Shown here piece by piece: positions 29,088-40,115 of a DNA stretch of 63,290 bases. Origin of the DNA: SAR202 cluster bacterium (GTDB lineage: Bacteria > Chloroflexota > Dehalococcoidia > Lucifugimonadales > UBA6952); contig VFGE01000019.1 in the NCBI GenBank assembly GCA_009392515.1, forward strand, positions 1-63,290. Reading direction: 5' to 3'. Under the pieces are notes generated by a model. It searched no databases, had not been told where the DNA came from, and was given only the letters and a program-made list of their open reading frames with translations. Every line of letters starts with the position of its first letter. Position 1 is the stretch's first letter. The translations under genes were made by a program, and so were the position numbers.

Positions 29088-31535
29088 ATTTAATTCAAAA
29101 ATAGATCCAGATTCTGTTTTTATAACTTCTATCCTAACTGGAAAGGCTTCTTTAATTTCCTCAATATGAGTAATCACGACAACTCTTTCAAAATCTGATG
29201 ATATTTGGTTAATAACCTCAATTATTCTCTCCCTACCCACATTGTCTTGTGTCCCAAAACCTTCATCAATAAAAATAGTCGGTAATGGACAACCCGATCT
29301 CCTTGCCAACAGCTTTGATAATGCAATACGTAAAGCTAAATTAATTCTAAAAGCTTCTCCTCCACTAAAAGTTTCATAACTTCTCATCCCACGCGAATCA
29401 GAAACATTAATTTCTAACGTTTCTGCAGTGTCACCTTTTTGTGTTTGTCTTTGAGTTTCTAAATTGATAAACATTTCTCCATTTGTCATTTTTTCTAATA
29501 AATAATTAGCATCTTTTTCAATTTCAGGGATGGATGCTTCGATTAATAATGCTTGTACTCCTGTTCGTCCGAGATATGTCGAAAGTTCATCGTAACGACC
29601 ATACTCACTATTAATTTCTAGCAATTGATTTTCATATTGCTTTAATTCAGTTTTTTGACTGGAATATACTTCAAACTGTCTTTCAATAGATAATTTTCGT
29701 GAATTTTTCTCTATCTTTTGATTTAACAAATTATCAAAATCATTTTGTAGTTTTTCGACTTCTGATTTGATTTCAGGGGCTGATTTTTTCTTTATGTCAT
29801 AATCATTTAATTCATGGTCTATCTTTTCTATATTTGTATTTCTCGATAAAATTAATTTCTGAATATCACTAATTCTATTTTCAATTTCTGGTATTTCTTT
29901 CTCAGCTAAACTTAGTTGATTAAATAGATCTTCATATGAATGAATCTGTATTAGTTTTTCCTCAAGAATCTTATTTTCTACAGGATCAAATCCTAAATCC
30001 TCGATATTTTTGTTAATTTCGCTTAGTTGAGTTTCAGATTGATCTAATGAATTTCTCTCTTGTGTATATGCAGCAATTTGACTATTAATTCTTATAAATT
30101 CATTATTTATATTACTATCATTTTGATTAATGTAATCTAAAATTGATAGTTTTTTTGTTTCTAGCTCTGAAATTATTGTTATGTTACTCCTATACGCATC
30201 AGCTAGTGTTTTTCCGTTTTTTTCAAATTCTTCCTTTACATGTTCTCTACGATCATTTAACAATTCAGTTCCACACAAAGGACAATTTTGCTCACTATCT
30301 TCTATTAATAAGATTTTTTCTTTCAGATCGTCCATTTGGTTTTTTAGATTATCATTATGAGTATTTTTTTCTTGTATTTGTAACTGCAATAAATTTAATT
30401 GTTCTTTTTTATTTTGTAATTCATCCAATAGCTTTTGAGTTGAAAATAAATTTTGTTTTAGAGTTTCAAGTTGTTCAATAATTTCATTTAAACGTACTAA
30501 TGCATTTTCTAAAGACTTTTTTCTTTCAATCAAACTGCTATAGGGACCTATAAGGTTATTATTTTGTTGTAACTTGTTCCTTAGTCGATTAATCTCTTGA
30601 AAATTTTCGTGAATTACTTCTTTTTTATCCAAAATATCCTGATATTCGGATATTTTTCTTTGTAAGGTGCTTAACTGATTATTAAATATACTTAAATCAT
30701 CAACCAATGTTTTCTTATCTATCAATAGCTTGGATGTTTTTGTTTCAATTTCTTCAATAAGTAAATAATCTTGTTTACGGTTTTCTAATAATGGCTGAAT
30801 TTCTAAAATGTGTTGATCTACCTGAATTAAATCAGATGATAATACCTTTAACTCCATTTCCTCTTCAGTAAAACGAGCAAGCTGATCTTGCAATGTATTA
30901 ACTTGTAATTCTACTGTAGTTTTATCCGATCTTAATTCTCTAACTTTTTCTCGAGCTAATTCTTGTAATTTATCAAAATAGTCTAATTGCAATATTTCAC
31001 CTAAAGTACGTTGTCTAAGTGCGGGGGTACTATTAGTAAATTCATCTGACCGGCCCTGAAGTAAAAAAGCACTATTAATAAATGTTCGGTAATCCATTCC
31101 AACTAATTTCAATATTGAAGATTGGGTATCTCTAATAGTGTTTCCTGTTAATACTTGAAAATCTAATTCAGAATCAACCTCTCCTGTTTGAGCCACATAC
31201 AATTCAAGAGATGTAGCTCCAGATCTTGAACCTTTTCTTTTAGAAAATCTTCTAATAACTTTATATAAATTTCTTCCCTCTTTTTTTTGAAAATATCCAT
31301 CTGAAAAAAATTCCAATTCTACTCTCATGTCATTTTCGCCATGTTTAACTAATTCATCTTGTGGTCGATGGACCTCATCACCCCATATCGACCAACAGAT
31401 TGCATCAAGTAAAGAAGATTTCCCATGTCCATTTTGGCCAGAAAGACAAACTATATGAACACCATTAAGATCCAATGGATTTAAAGATGATCCATAAGAT
31501 TTAAAATTTTCAATTGTCAATTTATTTGGTACCAT
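29085..31535 (-). CDS. sbcC: SbcC/Rad50-like SMC ATPase
   Basis: GQNGHGKSS Walker A, LLQG Q-loop, long coiled coil with CPLCG zinc hook, FSGGE signature, IDEGFG Walker B, ITH. Start probably MVPNK (31535). Confidence 0.88.
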   Translation of the reverse strand: MVPNKLTIENFKSYGSSLNPLDLNGVHIVCLSGQNGHGKSSLLDAICWSIWGDEVHRPQDELVKHGENDMRVELEFFSDGYFQKKEGRNLYKVIRRFSKRKGSRSGATSLELYVAQTGEVDSELDFQVLTGNTIRDTQSSILKLVGMDYRTFINSAFLLQGRSDEFTNSTPALRQRTLGEILQLDYFDKLQELAREKVRELRSDKTTVELQVNTLQDQLARFTEEEMELKVLSSDLIQVDQHILEIQPLLENRKQDYLLIEEIETKTSKLLIDKKTLVDDLSIFNNQLSTLQRKISEYQDILDKKEVIHENFQEINRLRNKLQQNNNLIGPYSSLIERKKSLENALVRLNEIIEQLETLKQNLFSTQKLLDELQNKKEQLNLLQLQIQEKNTHNDNLKNQMDDLKEKILLIEDSEQNCPLCGTELLNDRREHVKEEFEKNGKTLADAYRSNITIISELETKKLSILDYINQNDSNINNEFIRINSQIAAYTQERNSLDQSETQLSEINKNIEDLGFDPVENKILEEKLIQIHSYEDLFNQLSLAEKEIPEIENRISDIQKLILSRNTNIEKIDHELNDYDIKKKSAPEIKSEVEKLQNDFDNLLNQKIEKNSRKLSIERQFEVYSSQKTELKQYENQLLEINSEYGRYDELSTYLGRTGVQALLIEASIPEIEKDANYLLEKMTNGEMFINLETQRQTQKGDTAETLEINVSDSRGMRSYETFSGGEAFRINLALRIALSKLLARRSGCPLPTIFIDEGFGTQDNVGRERIIEVINQISSDFERVVVITHIEEIKEAFPVRIEVIKTESGSIFELN

Positions 31536-31627
31536 ATAATAGTATTTTAACATTTAAGGTTGTGTTGTATAGAAGTTTACACTTTAGTAAATGAAACCAA
31601 AAAAAGATTAATAGGTAGTATTAATTT

Positions 31628-32971
31628 ATGTTTGAAAATTTAAGTGCAAAATTATCACAAATTACTCGAAAACTAATTAATCAGCGACGTCTAAACGAAA
31701 ATGATATAAATGATTTTTTGCGACAAATCAGAATGGCATTATTAGAAGCAGACGTGAATTTTAAAGTTGTGAAATCTTTAATTGAATCTATTAAAAATGA
31801 AATAACAGATACTAATTTTTCAAAAAGTCTAAACCCAGGTCAAATATTAGTAGAATCCCTAAAAGAACAATTAACAATGATCCTAAAAAGTGATGATTCA
31901 GAACTTATAAAATCAAATAATAAATGCTCTAACATTTTATTAGTTGGTATACAAGGTTCAGGAAAGACTACAACTGCTGCTAAGCTGTCTTTTTATCTGA
32001 ATAAATTAAACCAAAAAACCCTCTTGGTTGCTAATGATCTAGTAAGACCTGCAGCTATTGATCAACTAATAAAATTATCAAATGATAATGACCTTGATAT
32101 TTACTATGACAAAAATATTAATGACGCAATTAAGATTACTGAAAATTCACTTAAGTTTTCAGGTAATAATCAATATCAATGGACAATAATAGATACTGCA
32201 GGTCGATCACAATTAGATGAAAAAATGATGCAAGAATTAATCGCGATTAAAAATAAAGTTAAACCTGAAGAATGTATACTTGTAGTTGACTCTATGATAG
32301 GGCAAACAGCTGTGGAAATTGCAAATTCATTTAATGAAACAATAGGACTAACTGGATTAATAATCACAAAACTAGATGGAGACTCCAAGGGTGGAAGCGC
32401 CATTTCGATTGTTAAAGAAACTGGTCTACCAATAAAATTTATTGGTACAGGTGAAAAAGTTAGTGAATTTGATAAATTCTACCCTGAGAGAATCACATCT
32501 AGAATACTTGGAATGGGTGATTTACAAACCCTTGCTGAAAAAGCTAATGAACAAATTGACTACGAAAAAGCAGAAAATCTAACAAAAAAAATAACCTCTG
32601 ATTCTTTTGACTTTAATGATTTGTTGGATCAAATGAAATCTATACAAAATATGGGATCTCTTGAAAATATTATAAATATGATACCTGGAATTAATTTAAA
32701 CCAGATGGGATCTAAACTTGCTGAAAATGAATCAAAAATGAATAAAATGAAATATATGATTGACTCAATGACTCCAATAGAAAGAAGAAATCCCAATATT
32801 TTAAATGCAAGTCGTAGAAAAAGAATAGCTACAGGTGCTGGATTAGCGCCTGTAGAAGTAAATCAATTAATTAATCAATTCAATCAAACAAAAAAAATGA
32901 TGAAATCTTTATACGGTAAAAACGGTCGTAATTTGAATAAATTAATGAAGTCAGGAAATTTTCTGAAATAA
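31628..32971 (+). CDS. ffh: Signal recognition particle protein
   Basis: ALLEADV, GIQGSGKTTT, DTAGR, TKLDGD, RILGMGD; M-domain IDSMT..ER and SRRKRIA. Confidence 0.96.
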   Translation: MFENLSAKLSQITRKLINQRRLNENDINDFLRQIRMALLEADVNFKVVKSLIESIKNEITDTNFSKSLNPGQILVESLKEQLTMILKSDDSELIKSNNKCSNILLVGIQGSGKTTTAAKLSFYLNKLNQKTLLVANDLVRPAAIDQLIKLSNDNDLDIYYDKNINDAIKITENSLKFSGNNQYQWTIIDTAGRSQLDEKMMQELIAIKNKVKPEECILVVDSMIGQTAVEIANSFNETIGLTGLIITKLDGDSKGGSAISIVKETGLPIKFIGTGEKVSEFDKFYPERITSRILGMGDLQTLAEKANEQIDYEKAENLTKKITSDSFDFNDLLDQMKSIQNMGSLENIINMIPGINLNQMGSKLAENESKMNKMKYMIDSMTPIERRNPNILNASRRKRIATGAGLAPVEVNQLINQFNQTKKMMKSLYGKNGRNLNKLMKSGNFLK

Positions 32972-32987
32972 AACCTTTTTAATTGTA

Positions 32988-33200
32988 TTATTTATCGTTG
33001 TCTTCATGAAATAACTTATGGATATAGGGATGTTTTGCAACAATCGCAACAACGAATGAAAAGATGATCGTGCCTCCAAAAAGAACAAAAATATTTACGT
33101 CTGTCATTCTTCCAAGCAATATCAAAGCAGCATCTTCAAAAAAATGCAGAACTGACACAATTGCGGTAAAAGGAATTACCCCACGTAGATTCATTTTCAT
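32988..33200 (-). CDS. Small 2-TM hypothetical protein directly abutting rpoD
   Basis: 70-aa ORF whose ATG immediately follows the rpoD stop; two hydrophobic segments. Confidence 0.6.
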   Translation of the reverse strand: MKMNLRGVIPFTAIVSVLHFFEDAALILLGRMTDVNIFVLFGGTIIFSFVVAIVAKHPYIHKLFHEDNDK

Positions 33201-34751
33201 CTATTCTAGGTAATCTCTGAGAGGTTTTGATCTAGCTGGATGACGAAGTTTTCTTAATGCTTTAGCTTCAATTTGTCGTATTCTTTCTCTGGTTACACCA
33301 AATTCTTTTCCAACTTCTTCTAAAGTTCTTCCTCGTCCATCTCCTAAACCAAATCTAAGTTCAAGTACACGTTTTTCCCTGTCAGTTAAACTATCTAATA
33401 TCTGTATTATTTGTTCTTGTAATAAAGTCTCTGTGGCAGCATCTGCAGGAGCTTTTGCAGACCTATCTTCAATAAAATCTCCAAGATGAGAATCCTCTTC
33501 TTCACCAATAGGTGTTTCAAGTGAAACGGGTTCTTGAGATATTTTCATAATCTCTCTGACCTTATCAGCACTAACATCCATATCCCATGCTATTTCTTCT
33601 GTTGAAGGTTCTCGACCATATTCTTGAACTAATTTTCTACTCGTTCGAAGTAACTTATTAATGGTTTCAACCATATGAACTGGAATTCGAATAGTTCTTG
33701 CTTGGTCTGCTATCGCTCTAGTTATAGCTTGTCTAATCCACCAAGTTGCATAGGTGGAAAATTTATATCCCTTCCTATAGTCGAATTTTTCAACTGCACG
33801 AATTAGACCAATGTTACCTTCTTGTATTAAATCAAGTAGTGACATTCCCCTACCAATATATTTTTTTGCCACTGAGACAACTAATCTGAGGTTAGCTTCA
33901 GCTAAATGTTGCTGTGCTGCTTCTGACCCAGCAGTCATCTCATCTAGATATTGTTGAAGTATCATTTCATAAGGATATAGATTATCAACTAAAGGGCCTT
34001 CTTCAACTATAGCAGCTAATTGTTCTAGTGTTGAATTCATATCTAAAACATATTCAATTTGTTTTGGTAGCAATCGAGTATTTATAGAAAGTGAAATAAT
34101 ATTTCTTTTCAAGTCCTCTGTATCAATTTTGTATTTTTTACTCCAAACCAACAATTGTTCTTCATCAAAACTATTTTGTAAAAAGAATTGTAATTTTTCA
34201 TCATACACAAGCTCCTGAAGTGTATAGTGGCCTTCTTTTTCCATAATCTTTTCAACAATATTAGTAATATTTGTTAATTGACTTAATGTCTTTAACATTT
34301 CAACAAAAGTATCTGGTGCAGGCATATCTCTACCGTACATAGATTGATATGACTTATGTATCTCCTCTATATATTTGCCATTTTCCATGATTTGAGCTAA
34401 GCCACGCTCATCCTTAGCTTTTAATAATGCTACACGCCCAATCTCTCTTAAATACATCCTAACAGGATCATCAATCATATCATTTGGCTCAGCCGATCTT
34501 TCTGTATCCTGCTCAGAATCATTTTCAGACTCAGTTATTTTTTCAGGAACAACATCAGATAAATCTATTTTTTCCAAATCAATATTTTCTGGAGATTCTT
34601 CTAATGCTACTAATTGAGCATCATCAGGTGCATCAATACTGTTAATATCTGGCTCAACTTCAGATTCATCAAATTCATCAGGTGCATCTTCTAAGGCTAA
34701 AGATGATTTGTCTTTTTCATCATTTGTATCTATTTTTTTCTTTCTAGGCAT
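33201..34751 (-). CDS. rpoD: RNA polymerase primary sigma factor
   Basis: [11 protein letters not shown] (region 1.2), [43 protein letters not shown]. Confidence 0.97.
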   Translation of the reverse strand: MPRKKKIDTNDEKDKSSLALEDAPDEFDESEVEPDINSIDAPDDAQLVALEESPENIDLEKIDLSDVVPEKITESENDSEQDTERSAEPNDMIDDPVRMYLREIGRVALLKAKDERGLAQIMENGKYIEEIHKSYQSMYGRDMPAPDTFVEMLKTLSQLTNITNIVEKIMEKEGHYTLQELVYDEKLQFFLQNSFDEEQLLVWSKKYKIDTEDLKRNIISLSINTRLLPKQIEYVLDMNSTLEQLAAIVEEGPLVDNLYPYEMILQQYLDEMTAGSEAAQQHLAEANLRLVVSVAKKYIGRGMSLLDLIQEGNIGLIRAVEKFDYRKGYKFSTYATWWIRQAITRAIADQARTIRIPVHMVETINKLLRTSRKLVQEYGREPSTEEIAWDMDVSADKVREIMKISQEPVSLETPIGEEEDSHLGDFIEDRSAKAPADAATETLLQEQIIQILDSLTDREKRVLELRFGLGDGRGRTLEEVGKEFGVTRERIRQIEAKALRKLRHPARSKPLRDYLE

Positions 34752-34762
34752 ATTAAGGTCCT

Positions 34763-36610
34763 TTAATTATCACTATTTTTTTTAGTAGATTTATTAAATA
34801 CATCCGAAAGCATATCATTAACAATAATAGCTTTTTCTTTCAAATGACTCAAATCTTGAGAGGGAACATCATTTAACTCTGACTTATTCAACCATACATT
34901 AGCTTCTTCTTTTTTTATTCCCCTTAAGTATCGCTCTTGTAATTTAAGTACACACTGTTTAACTGCTTTTTCCTTGTTACTTTTTGTCATACTTGGAAGA
35001 TCGATCTTCCTTAAGTCCTCCATACGGGACAGAACATCTTGAGATATATTAACTTCATCTTCAATTATGCTTTCTTGAGAACCGTTATATTTTAATAATA
35101 TATCGAAAACTTGCCTATTTTCCCAAATACTAAACCATGATATATCTGCATTTTCGGCTAAAGAGAAAAGATGGGGCCATTTGACTATCATTGACAACAT
35201 ATGTTCTTCAAGTAAATATGAGTTATCTTTACTTTCTATTGTACCATAGTTTACCTTTTGATTAAAATTTTTCACATCATTTGAATTATTTTTTCTATTT
35301 GCTGAAATAACAGCGCTTTTTACAACATTAATGTCTACATTCAATGTATTAGCAAAAAGATTGTAATAATATTCTCTATCGTAGTCATTATCCAAACTTA
35401 ATATCAAAGGAGCTATGTTTTCAGTTGCTAACTGTTTACCTTGATTAGATATAATGTTCCATCTAAGTGGTGCATTTTCAATAAGATATGCTAAAAGTGG
35501 CTTGGAATTATCAATATTATTTTCCCACAAATCTTTATCCGTACGAATAATTTCATCTGGATCTTTACCAGAATTAAATTGAGCAATTCTTAAATCAATT
35601 TTATTTGATGTTTTATATAGTGAAATATTATTTTTCTTTCCTACTAAAACTCGTTCAAAAGCTTTCCAACTATTTTCAATACTCCTAAATGTAGCTTCAT
35701 TACCTGCGGTATCTGAATCTAATGCTAAAACACATTGTTTACTTAGCACTGAAATATAACGGACCTGTGATTCTGTAAGCGCTGTTCCCATGCATGCTAC
35801 TACATTATCGTAACCAAATTGATGAGCAGTTAAAACATCCATATAACCCTCTACTAAAACAACTTTTCCTGAATTTGTTATACCTTCTTTTGCTAGGTTG
35901 ATTCCATACAGAGAACTTGATTTATCAAAAATTTTTGTCTTAGAGGAATTTATATACTTAGGGCCATTATCATTTAAAGATCGGCCACCAAAACCCAAAA
36001 CTTTTTTTCTTGAATCGATAATTGGAAATACCAATCGACCTGCAAAAATATCTTTAGGAATGCCATCTTCACGAATAAATACAAGTCCAGATTCTGAAAT
36101 TTGCTTGTTACTAAATCCTAAATTTTCTAAATGTCTGGGTAGTTGTCGATTATCATTAGGGCTTAGGCCCAAACCAAATTTTGTAATTGTATCTTTATCT
36201 ACACCCCGATTATTAATCATATAGTTTCGAGCTGCTAAACCATTCTCAGACAACAAATAGTTATGGAAAAAATTATATGCACTTTCATTTATGTTGTATA
36301 ACTCAACATTTTCCTCAACATTATTGTATCGAGGAACCTCAATACCAGCGGAGTCTGCCAATAATTTAATAGCTTGTTGAAAATCAATTTTTTCAATTTT
36401 CATCACAAAACTGATGACATCGCCACCTTCCACACATGCCCCAAAACATCTCCAAGTTTGGGTGTCAGGAAATATTACAAATGAAGGAGTTCTTTCTTCA
36501 TGAAATGGGCAATTAGATTTATATGTTCGGCCAGCAGATTTTAAATCAGGTAAATATCTCGAAGCTACCTCGACAATATCTAATGAATCTTTTAATGTTT
36601 TCGAAAACAT
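34763..36610 (-). CDS. dnaG: DNA primase
   Basis: CPFH..TPSF..CFGAC zinc finger, FGGR, KYINS, VEGYMD, DSDTAG, KDPDE. Confidence 0.96.
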   Translation of the reverse strand: MFSKTLKDSLDIVEVASRYLPDLKSAGRTYKSNCPFHEERTPSFVIFPDTQTWRCFGACVEGGDVISFVMKIEKIDFQQAIKLLADSAGIEVPRYNNVEENVELYNINESAYNFFHNYLLSENGLAARNYMINNRGVDKDTITKFGLGLSPNDNRQLPRHLENLGFSNKQISESGLVFIREDGIPKDIFAGRLVFPIIDSRKKVLGFGGRSLNDNGPKYINSSKTKIFDKSSSLYGINLAKEGITNSGKVVLVEGYMDVLTAHQFGYDNVVACMGTALTESQVRYISVLSKQCVLALDSDTAGNEATFRSIENSWKAFERVLVGKKNNISLYKTSNKIDLRIAQFNSGKDPDEIIRTDKDLWENNIDNSKPLLAYLIENAPLRWNIISNQGKQLATENIAPLILSLDNDYDREYYYNLFANTLNVDINVVKSAVISANRKNNSNDVKNFNQKVNYGTIESKDNSYLLEEHMLSMIVKWPHLFSLAENADISWFSIWENRQVFDILLKYNGSQESIIEDEVNISQDVLSRMEDLRKIDLPSMTKSNKEKAVKQCVLKLQERYLRGIKKEEANVWLNKSELNDVPSQDLSHLKEKAIIVNDMLSDVFNKSTKKNSDN

Positions 36611-36786
36611 TCTCTTATTTTAACGAATTATTCTTACAAATCTAATAGATATTTAAAGACAAAAAACCCATTTTCAATTGTTTATTAAATACTAGGAAAA
36701 AATTACTAATTATATCAAGCTAATAGTAGAATAAAGATAACTGAAAATGATATAATGTTTCGCAGTTCACTAATGAAGGGTAGATT

Positions 36787-39501
36787 ATGTCGCAAAAAAC
36801 CGATCGCGTAACAAAATGGGTATATGCTTTTGACGAAAAAACTGAGAATATGAACTCACTGCTTGGAGGAAAGGGTGCGGGGCTAGCAGAAATGACGCAC
36901 ATTGGTTTACCGGTACCTCCAGGATTTACAGTAATCACAAAAGCTTGTAAAGAATTTATTAATAATAATCACGTTGTTCCTGATTATATTTGGCAAGATA
37001 TACTTGTAAACATAAAGAAACTTGAATCACTTACCAATAAAACTTATGGAGATATTGATAACCCCCTTCTGGTTTCCGTACGATCAGGCTCAGCAGTTTC
37101 AATGCCAGGAATGATGGATACAGTACTAAATCTTGGTTTAAATGACGACACTGTATTAGGCCTGTCGAAATCTTCAGGAGGAGAAAAATTTGCATTCGAT
37201 TCGTACCGAAGATTTATACAAATGTACAGTAAGGTTGTACTGGAAATTTCTTCAGACAAATTTGAATCTATATTAGATAAAATCAAATTAAAAAATAACT
37301 ACCAAAGTGACAGCCAACTAAATATTGATGATATCAAAAACATCGTAAAACAATTTAAAGAAATAGTATTAATAGAATCTGGCTCAGATTTTCCTCAAGA
37401 CCCATACACACAATTAAAATTAGCTGTTGAGGCTGTTTTCTTAAGTTGGTTTAGTGACCGAGCTGATGAATATAGAAAAATCAATGAAATAAGTGACCAT
37501 CTAGGTACTGCTGTAAATATAGTTGCAATGGTATTTGGAAATAAAGATCAAAATAGTGGTACTGGAGTTGCATTTACAAGAAACCCCTCTACTGGAGCCA
37601 AAGAGTTATTTGGAGAATATTTAGATATAGCTCAAGGCGAAGATGTGGTTGCAGGAATTAGAACTCCAAAATCTATCAATAGCCTAGAAGAAAGTAATAA
37701 AGAACTCTACAGTGAACTAGTGAAAATTAGTGAAATGTTAGAAGGTCATTATAAAGATGCGCAAGATATGGAATTCACGGTTGAAAGCAATAAATTATAT
37801 ATGCTACAAACCAGATCTGCAAAAAGATCAGCTTTAGCCTCAGTTAAAATATCTGTAGATATGGTTTCTGAAGGACTCATTTCCAAGGAGGAGTCATTAA
37901 ATCTTATAGACCCTACAAGAATCAATGAACTTATGCTCCCAAAATTCTCTGATTCCGAAGAAGATTTATCTCTAAAAAGTAAATCATATATTGACACTGG
38001 GCTAAATGCTTCTCCCGGAGCTGCTGTAGGAAAAATTGTTTTTGATCCTTCTGAAGCAGTAGAATTAAAAAACCTTGGAGAAAAAGTAATATTAGTAAGA
38101 GACGAAACAAGCCCAGATGATATACATGGAATGCATGCATCTACTGGAGTGTTAACTGCAAAAGGAGGCGCTACAAGTCATGCAGCTGTAGTTGCAAGGG
38201 GTATGGGGAAACCTTGTATAACTGGCTGTGATAGCCTTCACATAGATCAACAAAACAAAATATGTTCTATTGGTAATAAAACCTTCCGAATTTATGACAT
38301 TATCAGTATCGATGGTTCATCTGGAGAAATTTTTTCAGGCGCTATGAAAACTATAACACCATCACCTAATGATACCAAAGAATTATCTACCATTTTAGAA
38401 TGGGCAGACGCTACGAGAAAATTAGGAATATGGGCAAATGCAGATACTCCTCAAGATGCAAGTAAAGCAATAGAATTAGGTGCAGAAGGAATAGGTCTTT
38501 GCAGAACCGAACATATGTTTTTTGGCGAGGAAAGGTTACCTTGGGTCCAGCAACTAATTATGTCAACATCATCAATTCATTCCAATGGAAATAATAAACA
38601 GAACAAATATGAAGAATCAATTTTAAAAATGCTTGAATTCCAAATTCAAGATTTCTACGAAATATTAAAAGTAATGGATAATAAACCTGTCGTGATTAGA
38701 TTGATAGATCCTCCATTACACGAATTTTTACCTTCATATGAAAAATTAATAGATCAGATATATGAAGAAAAAATAAATAATAACCAAGGTGAGTTATTAG
38801 ATCAATTAGAGGATATACTTGCAATTGTGAAGGATATTAAAGAATCTAATCCTATGCTAGGTTTAAGAGGTTGTCGTTTAGGAATACTTTATCCAGATAT
38901 AGTTGCGATGCAGACAAAAGCAATACTCACTGCAGCTTGTCAATTACTTAAAGAGGGTAATAATCCAATCCCTGAAATTATGATACCTCTAGTTGGTGAT
39001 TATAGAGAGTTAATAATACTTAAAGAATTGTTAATTAAAGAGGCTTCTAAAGTTGAAGATGAATATAAACTAAATCCTTCCTACAAAATTGGTACAATGA
39101 TCGAGCTTCCACGCGCAGCAATTACAGCTGACGATATTGCAAAACATGCTCAATTTTTTAGTTTTGGAACAAATGATCTAACTCAAACAACTTATGGATT
39201 TAGTCGAGATGATGCAGAATCAAAATTTTTAAATGAATACCAAGAAAAGGGAATCCTTTCTACTAATCCTTTCAAAACCCTCGATGAAAAAGGTGTAGGG
39301 CAATTAATGAAAATTGCAATTGAAAAAGGTAGGCTTTCAAATTCTGATCTGGAACTCGGTATTTGTGGTGAACATGGAGGGGACCCAAAAAGTATCTTTA
39401 TTTGCCATAATTTGGGTCTTAATTATGTCAGTGCTTCACCCTACAGAGTTCCCGTTGCAAGACTTGCTGCTGCACAAGCTACAATTAATTCTAAAAGCTA
39501 A
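36787..39501 (+). CDS. ppdK: Pyruvate, phosphate dikinase
   Basis: GGKGAGL, LLVSVRSG, GGATSHAAVVARG phospho-His motif, GLCRTEHMF, SFGTNDL, ICGEHGG; TGATATAAT at 36748-36756. Confidence 0.97.
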   Translation: MSQKTDRVTKWVYAFDEKTENMNSLLGGKGAGLAEMTHIGLPVPPGFTVITKACKEFINNNHVVPDYIWQDILVNIKKLESLTNKTYGDIDNPLLVSVRSGSAVSMPGMMDTVLNLGLNDDTVLGLSKSSGGEKFAFDSYRRFIQMYSKVVLEISSDKFESILDKIKLKNNYQSDSQLNIDDIKNIVKQFKEIVLIESGSDFPQDPYTQLKLAVEAVFLSWFSDRADEYRKINEISDHLGTAVNIVAMVFGNKDQNSGTGVAFTRNPSTGAKELFGEYLDIAQGEDVVAGIRTPKSINSLEESNKELYSELVKISEMLEGHYKDAQDMEFTVESNKLYMLQTRSAKRSALASVKISVDMVSEGLISKEESLNLIDPTRINELMLPKFSDSEEDLSLKSKSYIDTGLNASPGAAVGKIVFDPSEAVELKNLGEKVILVRDETSPDDIHGMHASTGVLTAKGGATSHAAVVARGMGKPCITGCDSLHIDQQNKICSIGNKTFRIYDIISIDGSSGEIFSGAMKTITPSPNDTKELSTILEWADATRKLGIWANADTPQDASKAIELGAEGIGLCRTEHMFFGEERLPWVQQLIMSTSSIHSNGNNKQNKYEESILKMLEFQIQDFYEILKVMDNKPVVIRLIDPPLHEFLPSYEKLIDQIYEEKINNNQGELLDQLEDILAIVKDIKESNPMLGLRGCRLGILYPDIVAMQTKAILTAACQLLKEGNNPIPEIMIPLVGDYRELIILKELLIKEASKVEDEYKLNPSYKIGTMIELPRAAITADDIAKHAQFFSFGTNDLTQTTYGFSRDDAESKFLNEYQEKGILSTNPFKTLDEKGVGQLMKIAIEKGRLSNSDLELGICGEHGGDPKSIFICHNLGLNYVSASPYRVPVARLAAAQATINSKS

Positions 39502-39515
39502 TAAAGGGTTATGAC

Positions 39516-39866
39516 ATGGACAAAAAACATGTCCTATATTTTTCTATAATCGGTATACCTATTGGTCTTCTCGAGATATGGGGGATCCATTTTATTGTAG
39601 TAAATATTCTCTGGATTATATTTACTCTTGCCACTGCTTTCTATCTGATAACACGTCTGAGAATAAGTATATTTACAGAAGGTTTTGTTATAGGTTTTTT
39701 CTCTCGGGCAATTGCTACGATGACAGCACCGACATACGCATATTTATTTAACTCTTCTAATATTTTTGATCAATATACGAGTATTGTTCTAATTCAAAGT
39801 ACTATTGCAGGTTTCTTAGTAGGATTAATATCTTTTGCTCTATATAGAATGAATTATTTCCAATAA
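39516..39866 (+). CDS. Small membrane hypothetical protein (about 4 TM)
   Basis: 116-aa hydrophobic ORF directly downstream of ppdK. Confidence 0.6.
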   Translation: MDKKHVLYFSIIGIPIGLLEIWGIHFIVVNILWIIFTLATAFYLITRLRISIFTEGFVIGFFSRAIATMTAPTYAYLFNSSNIFDQYTSIVLIQSTIAGFLVGLISFALYRMNYFQ

Positions 39867-40115
39867 TTCGCACCAGATATTACTTTCTAAATTAACTGCT
39901 AAGTCTATATAATAAAAAAAATTTAATTATACCCTATAACAATTAAATGCAATTATTTTTCACCTGTTATATAATCACCGTCGTGGTAAATTTTTAAATT
40001 ATTAAATCTAAACACTTGACAGTTATATACCATTCAGATATAGGATATCATTTGTGTTTAATAATATAATAATTCAAATATGCAAGGTATTTAATTTAAA
40101 TGGAGCGAATCTTTT

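Noticed and set aside
29085..31535. SMC-based defence system (Wadjet/Lamassu)
   Set aside because: The zinc hook and motifs fit SbcC/Rad50, and no kleisin, KITE or effector genes are adjacent.
39867..40115. ncRNA or riboswitch in the largest intergenic gap
   Set aside because: Very AT-rich with no stable stems seen; only promoter-like hexamers. An Rfam/Infernal scan would be needed to exclude it fully.
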